From: a virus
Taxonomy: Duplodnaviria; Caudoviricetes
Length of the DNA: 64,000 bases
Reading direction: 5' to 3' (one strand)
IMG/VR virus record: IMGVR_UViG_2706795930_000001
Coordinates: 1 to 64,000 of that record
In this document: piece after piece, positions 57,463-64,000 of the stretch
How the letters are laid out: every line of letters starts with the position of its first letter
Numbering within the stretch: position 1 is the first letter of the stretch
Translations under genes and position numbers: made by a program
Notes under the pieces: generated by a model
What the model was told of the DNA's origin: nothing
Databases searched by the model: none
What the model saw: the letters and a program-made list of their open reading frames with translations, nothing else

Positions 57463-59076
57463 CTATCTGATCGAGGCGCGGTACGGGCGCCAGTCGAGGC
57501 TGTGGGTGGTGAGGGGTCCGGTGCGGTTCTTGCCCAGGATGAAGTTGACCTCACCGGTGGGCTTGCCCTCAAACTTCTCGTGATGGATCAGGAAGATCAC
57601 GTCAGCGTCTTGCTCGATCGAGCCTGATCCGCGCAGGTCGGAGATCTCCGGCGGTCGACTGTCGGTCGCGGTGTTGCGGTTGAGCTGGACGGCGGAGACT
57701 GAGGCGGCGTTGCACTCCTTGGCGACCTGGCGGATGCCCTGGCTGATCTCTTCGAGCTGCTCGTGCCGATCCTTCTTGCCGCCGGTCTTCATGAGCTGCA
57801 TGTAGTCGAACATGAAGAGGTCGATGCCCTCCTGCTCGTGGATGCGTCGGCATTCGGCCATGACCTTTTCGATCTTCAGGCCGGTGCGATCGGAGATGAA
57901 CAGGTGCTTGCCTTCGACCTCGCCGATGAACTCTCCAGCCCGGACGACGTTGTGGTCGTCCATCTCGCGGCGGGTGATCTGCCCATACTCGACGTCGCCA
58001 CCGGCCGCGACGACGCGGGAGACGATCTCGTTGCTGTCCATCTCTAGGGAGTAGATGACCGACTTGAAGTCATTGCGCATCGCCTCGACAGCGATGTTGG
58101 TGAGAGACAGAGACTTTCCCTCGCCCGGACGGCCCGCGAACAGGTACGAGCGCTTGCGGTGGAACCCTCCGGAGATGGAGGAGTTGATGAAGTCCCAGGG
58201 CGTCGGGATCACATCGGCGGGATCGGCATTCTCATACCAGTCCCACCACGCGCCGGACGCCTCATCCCAGGTGACGAATGGTCGCTTCTCCTCGCGCACG
58301 ACCTTGACCGTGGCGCGGTCGAGGGCACGCTGGAGGTGGGCGACCATCTCCTCGGGTGGCAGCTCGGAGGCGACCTTGAACTCACCCCAGATCTCGCTCA
58401 GGACAGCCCGCTTCGAGAGCTCCTGGTCGGCGACAAACTCCGCGGGGTCTCGGCCCGCGGCGATGTGATCAGCCGCATCCTTACCGACCGCCGCCTGCAC
58501 GACCTCGACCTCGCAGTGTGGGGCAAGGAGATCGACGATGTCCTTCGCGTGCTGCTCGCCCTTGAGGTCGTTGTCGCGGACGATCACCACCCGGCGGCCG
58601 AAGAGGGGGGACCAGTCGAACATCTTCGCCTTGCCGGCGCCCATTGCGGTCGACACCGCGGTGACGCCGCTGGCCTCCAGGGCGTGCACGTCCTTCTCGC
58701 CCTCGACCACGTAGACCGTATCCGCGTCGCCGAGGCGTTCTACCCGGTAGAGCTGGTCGCCCTTGGTGTTTCCGGACTGGCGGAAGTCCTTGCCGGGTGA
58801 GCGGTGCACCCGCCGGCCGTCGGAGTACTTGTACTCGACCCCACGGTCCGAGTCGAAGAGATCCTTCATCTCCAGGCCGAGGCGTTCGAGGACGACCTCG
58901 GTCTCGTCGGAGTGTGAGTGGATCAGGACCTGGCCGCCGATGTCGGTGATCGTTACCGATCGGTCCTGGGTCGAGTGGCCGGGGGCCTGTGCGGCGTAGC
59001 GGTTCGCGGACTTCTGATCGAGGATCAATCCCTCGTCCCGGAACCGGTCGACGACGCGGTCGAATGCGACACCCAA
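57463..59076 (-). CDS. Primase (TOPRIM)-DnaB helicase fusion
   Basis: VYVVEGEKDV, RDND, GKDAADH; AGRPGEGKS, SLEM, DYMQL, QLNR, SDLRGSGSIEQDAD, KNRTG. Confidence 0.93.
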   Translation of the reverse strand: MGVAFDRVVDRFRDEGLILDQKSANRYAAQAPGHSTQDRSVTITDIGGQVLIHSHSDETEVVLERLGLEMKDLFDSDRGVEYKYSDGRRVHRSPGKDFRQSGNTKGDQLYRVERLGDADTVYVVEGEKDVHALEASGVTAVSTAMGAGKAKMFDWSPLFGRRVVIVRDNDLKGEQHAKDIVDLLAPHCEVEVVQAAVGKDAADHIAAGRDPAEFVADQELSKRAVLSEIWGEFKVASELPPEEMVAHLQRALDRATVKVVREEKRPFVTWDEASGAWWDWYENADPADVIPTPWDFINSSISGGFHRKRSYLFAGRPGEGKSLSLTNIAVEAMRNDFKSVIYSLEMDSNEIVSRVVAAGGDVEYGQITRREMDDHNVVRAGEFIGEVEGKHLFISDRTGLKIEKVMAECRRIHEQEGIDLFMFDYMQLMKTGGKKDRHEQLEEISQGIRQVAKECNAASVSAVQLNRNTATDSRPPEISDLRGSGSIEQDADVIFLIHHEKFEGKPTGEVNFILGKNRTGPLTTHSLDWRPYRASIR

Positions 59077-59081
59077 AGTGC

Positions 59082-59627
59082 TTATCCCTCCAGGGATTTG
59101 ACGCTAACTGAACCGAGCGAACGAGAGTCGCCGGCGGAGGCAAGAACGCGACCTTCGATCTCGATGAGATTCTGGCCGATCCATGCCTGGAATTGCCCCC
59201 GGTGGAACTGGCGAACTGCCTGAGTGCCCGCGGCCGCGACCTCAGCGGGCGGCTCGGGGGGAGCCCAGTGTAGCCCACACTTTTCCTGAATCACGGTCGA
59301 GTAGGGAAAGTAACTCCACTTCCGCAGCCAATGACGAACTCGCTCAGGGGAACTCGTGACGGGGAGCCGGTTCACATATCCGATCACGTCGCCCGGCATG
59401 ATCGGGAATGCGTTCGGCTTGCGATAGTGTGCTGCAACGGCATCCAGCCCCTCCTGGAGGAAAACATCGCTATCCCGGAGGAGCTCGGCCCAGGCGGCGA
59501 CCTGCGCTGCGATGCCGCCGAGTTCGTCCGAGACGCGCACCCGGGGGTCGACGATCGCGGCCTTGGTGAGGATCGCCTGAGCGATCGGCGTGACCTCGGC
59601 CATGGTGCGGGGCTTCGGGGTCGTCAT
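59082..59627 (-). CDS. Putative helicase loader
   Basis: AAW...AVAAHY....PIMPGDV; lies between the Rep initiator and helicase genes. Confidence 0.6.
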   Translation of the reverse strand: MTTPKPRTMAEVTPIAQAILTKAAIVDPRVRVSDELGGIAAQVAAWAELLRDSDVFLQEGLDAVAAHYRKPNAFPIMPGDVIGYVNRLPVTSSPERVRHWLRKWSYFPYSTVIQEKCGLHWAPPEPPAEVAAAGTQAVRQFHRGQFQAWIGQNLIEIEGRVLASAGDSRSLGSVSVKSLEG

Positions 59628-60544
59628 CAGAACGGCCTCTCATTTTCGATCTGACGGTCGCTTTCGGCGAATTGGTCCGCGAGTGCGCGAACGTCCACAT
59701 TCATCACCGCACGGGCCGCCTGGGCCCCGCGAACGGTGCCGTCCGCTCGGCCGCCGCGGTTGTGCATCTGAAGTTTCAGGGTGTCGAACTTCTTGCGGAG
59801 CTTCGGGACGCTGAGGATGTTCGACTTCCAGAAGCTGTCGTTCTGGCACCAATCGATGACCGCGTGGATGTCCGACTCGGGGATCTTGTCGTTGTCGAGC
59901 AGGCGCCGGGCTTCGTCTCGCCACGACTTGGTGATGGCTGGTTTGCGGGTGCCGTTGTCGAGCATCCGCTGCGCCAGGTGACCGCAGACGCGCTCGACGT
60001 CGGGCCGATCTTCCTCGACACCACGAAGCTCGATCTCCTTGGATTCTGCCGGTGTCGGGCTCGACTCCGACGAAGGAGGAGGCGAGGGACTCTTCTGTTC
60101 CCCTGTTCCCCTGTTCCCCTGTTCCCCTGTTCCGGGCAATGAATCCTCGCGAGTATTCGTGTAAGACTCGCGATCGACGTCCTCAGAGAACTCCAAAGTG
60201 CCGTCTGGCCTGGGGAAACGCCCCTTGTTGGGTCGGTCGATGCGCTGCCACGTCTTCCAGCGGTCGACATAGATCAGATGTTCGCCTGCGGCCTCGTATC
60301 GGATGAGGATTCCGGCGGCCGCGAGCTGCAAAAAACCGTCCTCAACCCTCGCGAGGGTGTCGCGAGAGTCTCGCGCAAGGTCGTGCGGGAAGACGTCTGC
60401 GGCGAACAGGACCGGTGAATCCTTGCCGACTCCGTTGTCGTCAACGTAGGACTCGATGCCCTTGAGAACGAGCCTCGTGGACCAGTCGAGTCGGCTGATT
60501 GTCTCGGACCGCCAGAACTCCGGCTTGGTGCTTCGGATGCGCAT
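59627..60544 (-). CDS. RepA-like replication initiator
   Basis: RIRSTKPEFW, YVDDNG, FWKSNILSVPKLRKKFDTL. Confidence 0.85.
   Translation of the reverse strand: MRIRSTKPEFWRSETISRLDWSTRLVLKGIESYVDDNGVGKDSPVLFAADVFPHDLARDSRDTLARVEDGFLQLAAAGILIRYEAAGEHLIYVDRWKTWQRIDRPNKGRFPRPDGTLEFSEDVDRESYTNTREDSLPGTGEQGNRGTGEQKSPSPPPSSESSPTPAESKEIELRGVEEDRPDVERVCGHLAQRMLDNGTRKPAITKSWRDEARRLLDNDKIPESDIHAVIDWCQNDSFWKSNILSVPKLRKKFDTLKLQMHNRGGRADGTVRGAQAARAVMNVDVRALADQFAESDRQIENERPF
60095..60133 (+). repeat. Tandem 8-bp repeat (CTGTTCCC)x4.9 inside the rep gene; candidate origin iterons
   Basis: Copies start at 60095, 60103, 60111, 60119 and 60127. Confidence 0.7.
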
Positions 60545-60553
60545 TGTGTCCCC

Positions 60554-61381
60554 TCAGGCCGCGGCGGTGAGCAGTTCGGCGAGCTGTTCGACTTCGCGGT
60601 TCCAGACGTCCTGGTGCCGTTCGGGATCGACCTCGTGACGCGGTGGTCGGTACTCCTTGCTCACCGCGGTCCTGAGGCGGTCGATGGTGTATTCGTCGTA
60701 CTGCAGGGGGAGCAGCCAGCCGGCCGCCTTCGCCATGTCTCGCGCTTCGTCGGACGGCCCGGGGATCTGCTCCAGTCGGCTGAAGAGCGGATGGATTGCC
60801 CGGGCCACGGATGGCAGAACCTCGTCGGCGCCGACGAGCATTTCGTCGACGACCGACTCGGAGACACCGAGTTCGTCGGCGAGCATCGCGGGGGTGTATC
60901 CCCAGCGAACGAGTGCCTGTAGTCGGCGCGTGGTCCCGAGTGGCGTGGCGATCTTGCGGCGGAGGTCGGCGGGGATCGCTTCGAGGCGGTCGGCGATCAC
61001 CTCGCGCATCGTCCGTCCGAGTCGCCCGTCACGGATGTGCCGGATGAGGCAGCGATCGGCGCCGGACAGGTCGCACAGCTGAGTCAGGTCATAGCCGCAG
61101 TCGTCGAGCAGCGTCCGAATGTGTTGAGAGATGGCGGCCTTGCGGTCATCGTCGATGTCACCACGGCCCTCGTCGTCGCCGTGGTAGACCATCCAGCGAG
61201 CGCACGCATCCTCGATGCGGTCGGCCACGGCGTCGTCGACGTCACCGATCCTTCCGTCGTAGATGCGTTCGATGGACGCGACACTCAAGCCACTGAGGGT
61301 GGCGATGTCGGTGATCATGGCGGTGTGGTTGAGGGCGGTGTCGATGGCGGTCACGGCCACTCGGGTGGTGAGGGTGATCAA
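60554..61381 (-). CDS. Multi-HTH DNA-binding protein
   Basis: Three HTH-like segments; GTTRRLQALVRWGY. Confidence 0.75.
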   Translation of the reverse strand: MITLTTRVAVTAIDTALNHTAMITDIATLSGLSVASIERIYDGRIGDVDDAVADRIEDACARWMVYHGDDEGRGDIDDDRKAAISQHIRTLLDDCGYDLTQLCDLSGADRCLIRHIRDGRLGRTMREVIADRLEAIPADLRRKIATPLGTTRRLQALVRWGYTPAMLADELGVSESVVDEMLVGADEVLPSVARAIHPLFSRLEQIPGPSDEARDMAKAAGWLLPLQYDEYTIDRLRTAVSKEYRPPRHEVDPERHQDVWNREVEQLAELLTAAA

Positions 61382-61545
61382 GCTGCACGCTCCTTTGCGA
61401 TGTGTCGGGCAAGTTCGTCGCGGTGGTCGGCGCAGAGCCATTGCTCTCCGCCCCAGCGCTTTTCGTGTCTAACAAGCTCCGACGCCTGCTCTCCGCACTC
61501 GGAGAACAGGTCGCGGAACTCGCAGACTGGGTTGGGGTCAGGCAT
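61378..61545 (-). CDS. Small Zn-binding protein
   Basis: CEF...ECGE.A...WLCADH. Confidence 0.55.
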   Translation of the reverse strand: MPDPNPVCEFRDLFSECGEQASELVRHEKRWGGEQWLCADHRDELARHIAKERAA

Positions 61546-61669
61546 CGCGTTCGTCGAGGTAGGCCGGCGCATAGTCCTCGACGTACTCGCTGAGGGGTTG
61601 CCAGTCCTCGTCGTCGTAGCCGCTGTTGTCGTCGTAGTCATCCGCGGTGCTGTCGTAGATGATCGCCAC
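61538..61669 (-). CDS. Very acidic 43-aa peptide
   Basis: MAIIYDSTADDYDDNSGYDDEDWQPLSEYVEDYAPAYLDERDA. Confidence 0.5.
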   Translation of the reverse strand: MAIIYDSTADDYDDNSGYDDEDWQPLSEYVEDYAPAYLDERDA

Positions 61670-61671
61670 GG

Positions 61672-61995
61672 TCAGATCACTTCCGGCTGCCCGTACGAGA
61701 CATGCATCACCCGGCGCACGAGAGAAGGTGCGTAGCCCTGAATCCCAAACCTCTGCGCGTCGGCGATCAAGTCTCGGAGCAGGTCGAAAGCAGCATTCCG
61801 GTCGGAGGTCCACCACTCGTCGCTCCAGCGGTCGGCGCCGGATGGTCGCTCGTCGGCATTGACGATCTGGCCGGATGGCAGGCGAACGGAGTACTGCGAA
61901 GAGGTTGCTACGACCGGTGGCTCCGTCGCCGGGGGAACCTTGCCCGGCGCCTTGTATGGGTGGGTGGTCAGAAGCATCGTCTTGCTGGCGTCCAT
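61672..61995 (-). CDS. Hypothetical protein
   Basis: AAGGGG RBS. Confidence 0.65.
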   Translation of the reverse strand: MDASKTMLLTTHPYKAPGKVPPATEPPVVATSSQYSVRLPSGQIVNADERPSGADRWSDEWWTSDRNAAFDLLRDLIADAQRFGIQGYAPSLVRRVMHVSYGQPEVI

Positions 61996-62005
61996 GAAGT
62001 GCCCC

Positions 62006-62206
62006 TTACTCTTCGTTGGCAACTGCGGATGGGAGGGCCTCGAACCAGGCCTTGAGTTCGACGTCGGGGATGATCGTCCGGCCGCGGACCTTCACGGCCC
62101 CGAGCTCGCCGTCGTCGATCAGACGCTGGATGGTCTGCTCGCTCACGCCGACGATGGCGCCGGCTTCCTTCTTGGTGTGGCCGAGCTTCATGCTTGCCGG
62201 GGTCAC
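62006..62206 (-). CDS. Excisionase-like HTH (HTH_17) protein
   Basis: TKKEAGAIVGVSEQTIQRLIDDGELGAVKVRGRTII. Confidence 0.8.
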   Translation of the reverse strand: MTPASMKLGHTKKEAGAIVGVSEQTIQRLIDDGELGAVKVRGRTIIPDVELKAWFEALPSAVANEE

Positions 62207-63033
62207 GCCTCGATCTCCCCTGCAACGATCTCGCCGTCGATGACGTTGGACTGGTCGAGCACGACCGTCGGGTCATCCGGGGGAGAGATGGTGGCGGTGG
62301 TGAAGGGTTCGGTGGCCGCGGCGATGTTGCCGAGCTGGTTGCGCAGATCCTCGGTCGAGGTGTCGACGAACTCGATGAGTCGGCGGATCGCGGTCTTGAG
62401 GACCATGGTCTCGTCCCAGTCCTGCCAGACCTTGCCCTTGGACAGAGCCCGGGCCTTGCCGACGGCGCGGGGGTCAGCGATGGCGACCGCGGTGGTGGTG
62501 CCGTCGAAGCGCACGGCGTACGCGTAGGACATGATCGGCTTGGCGTCGCGAGTGCGTGCGGCCCAGTCGATCTCGTGTCGCGGACGGTCGTCGGTGTTGC
62601 GGTCGTACTGGAACTTGCCGGCGGCGTATTCGGTGTCGTAGACGACCTCGGCGACGACGCGGCTGTACTGGCCGGAGCGCAGGATGCGCTGGATCATGCC
62701 CTTGTAGGACTCGGCGCCCTGGATCTTCCCGGAGCGGATGGTGAGGTAGTAGTCCTCGGTGCCGGGGATGTGGCCGAGTCGGGCGCATTCGAGGAGTGCG
62801 CGCATGAGGGCCGCGTAGTCGTTCGAGGCGGCGCGCTCGATCTCGGGCTTGGCCTTGACGGCGGCCTGGGCCATACGGAGCCAGGTGCGGTGATCGACCT
62901 GGGATGGCATGACCTTGAAGAAGTCGTCCGAGCGACTCTCGATGAGGCTGAATGGGGAGTTCTGCTGCTGTGCGGGTGCGTTACCCGATGGCTCGCCCTG
63001 TTGCTGGGCGATGGCATTGCCGATGAGGGACAA
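62203..63033 (-). CDS. recT: RecT-like single-strand annealing protein
   Basis: ALLECARLG..PG, SYKGMI, WDETMVLKTAIRRL. Confidence 0.9.
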   Translation of the reverse strand: MSLIGNAIAQQQGEPSGNAPAQQQNSPFSLIESRSDDFFKVMPSQVDHRTWLRMAQAAVKAKPEIERAASNDYAALMRALLECARLGHIPGTEDYYLTIRSGKIQGAESYKGMIQRILRSGQYSRVVAEVVYDTEYAAGKFQYDRNTDDRPRHEIDWAARTRDAKPIMSYAYAVRFDGTTTAVAIADPRAVGKARALSKGKVWQDWDETMVLKTAIRRLIEFVDTSTEDLRNQLGNIAAATEPFTTATISPPDDPTVVLDQSNVIDGEIVAGEIEA

Positions 63034-63072
63034 CGTGTTTGATCCTTTGCTGGTGAACGAGGAGCGATTGGG

Positions 63073-63101
63073 ACTCTAGTGTCGCACGTCTCGTAAGTCA
63101 A
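63073..63101 (-). promoter_or_regulatory. SigA-like promoter TTGACT-17-TAGAGT bracketed by two inverted operator motifs
   Basis: Exact spacing; motif copies at 63080-63094 and 63103-63117. Confidence 0.7.
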
Positions 63102-63123
63102 CACGAGACATGCAACACAGAAA

Positions 63124-64000
63124 TCATGCGGCGGCGAGCGCCTCGCGGATGGACTCGGGGTAGGGCTCTTCGAGGCCGAGATACCGGAGGTAGAGCTTGT
63201 TCCCGCGGGCTGGTCGTTGACGCCGAGCGATCTTCTCGACCGACACGTCGAACTCGCTCTCACCCTCGCGCTCGACGTAGACGTACTGCGCCCGGCCGGC
63301 GAGGTGGAGCACGGTGGACTCCATGAAGGTGCGCTCTTCCTTGGCCTCGTCGTACGCCTTCATGGCGGCCATGTAGCGCGCCGCGGTGTCCGGATCGAGA
63401 GTGATCCCTTCGCCGGGGTCCATGTCGGGGTGGATCTCGCGGAGGATCTCGTACGTCGCCATGTGGCGGTCGAGGTTTGGCTCGATGCCGGCTGCCAGGT
63501 TGTCCATGAACTGCTGGCCGGCGTCGATGAGCATCTGTGCATCCTCGGCCGAGTAGTCGAACTCGTACACGCGGTAGTCCCAGCCGCTGATGAGCACCGC
63601 GACGTAGATCTTCGGCACCCGCATCACCGCGGCGTAGTACATGACCTGGCACAGGTAATAGATCGGGATCTGCTTGGACCCCTTCGGTCCCCACCCTGTG
63701 CCCTGCATGGAGGTCTTGATCTCCAGCAGCGCGACACAGTTGCCTTGTTCGTCCCAGATCAAGCCGTCGGGGTTGACGTTCATCCATGGTCGATTCAGGT
63801 CACGGAAGGTGTCGCCGGTCGTCATGGTGTGACCGGCAGGGAAGAGCGTCTTGAGGGTGGGGCCGAATCTTCCATCACCCTCGGCGAACTCGCGGTAGAT
63901 CGTCGGCTCGTGCGCGGTGCCCCAGTGCATGACATCGCTCTCCTCGACGGGCGCGATGTTCGCACCGTCGCGCTTCCGGTAATAAAGCGAGAAGTAGCTC
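63124..64000 (-). CDS. YqaJ/RecE-like exonuclease (5' end outside the window)
   Basis: WGTAHEP, NPDG, LEIKT, IPIYYLCQVMYY, YVAVLISG. Confidence 0.9.
   Translation of the reverse strand, partial: SYFSLYYRKRDGANIAPVEESDVMHWGTAHEPTIYREFAEGDGRFGPTLKTLFPAGHTMTTGDTFRDLNRPWMNVNPDGLIWDEQGNCVALLEIKTSMQGTGWGPKGSKQIPIYYLCQVMYYAAVMRVPKIYVAVLISGWDYRVYEFDYSAEDAQMLIDAGQQFMDNLAAGIEPNLDRHMATYEILREIHPDMDPGEGITLDPDTAARYMAAMKAYDEAKEERTFMESTVLHLAGRAQYVYVEREGESEFDVSVEKIARRQRPARGNKLYLRYLGLEEPYPESIREALAAA

Larger units (their letters stand above)
80..63117. repeat. Dispersed 15-bp motif TGTTGCRTGTCTCRT (12 copies)
   Basis: +: 80, 5383, 27071, 40207 (degenerate), 40312, 42833, 63080; -: 40245, 54640, 57422, 61695, 63103. 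Confidence 0.85.

Overview
A 64-kb segment of a GC-rich temperate actinobacteriophage (siphovirus; the host is probably in the Gordonia/Rhodococcus/Mycobacteriales group, by inference) in unintegrated gene order. Left part (+): thyA, a Prs-like plus Nampt-like gene pair (NARP1-type NAD+ reconstitution candidate), an HNH gene, a degenerate tRNA-Asn, and a complete virion module with a -1 frameshifted tail chaperone and a 2944-aa tape measure. Two peptidase lysins and a holin sit among the minor tail genes, followed by a beta-helix tail spike. Middle: a leftward lsr2-like gene with an unusual ~330-nt leader, a rightward accessory operon (xseA/xseB, SLOG protein, many small genes), a full tRNA(CAT), an attP-like region, a tyrosine integrase, a multi-pass membrane protein and an HTH repressor. 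Right part (-): HslV-like protease, Holliday junction resolvase, Acb2/Tad1-like sponge, WhiB, SSB, NrdH, primase-helicase, Rep initiator, RecT and a YqaJ/RecE exonuclease. The most striking unexplained element is the lsr2 leader: four tandem micro-ORFs, each with a Shine-Dalgarno-like sequence and Pro-Pro encoded as CCA-CCA (RGPP, RDPP, RDPP, EEPP), the last overlapping a long hairpin. This suggests a ribosome-stalling (EF-P or tRNA-Pro) sensor. Also notable are a 15-bp operator/stoperator-like motif (12 copies), a short attP core matching a CAT anticodon loop next to a complete replacement tRNA, and several anti-defence candidates. All calls come from reading the sequence; no searches were run.
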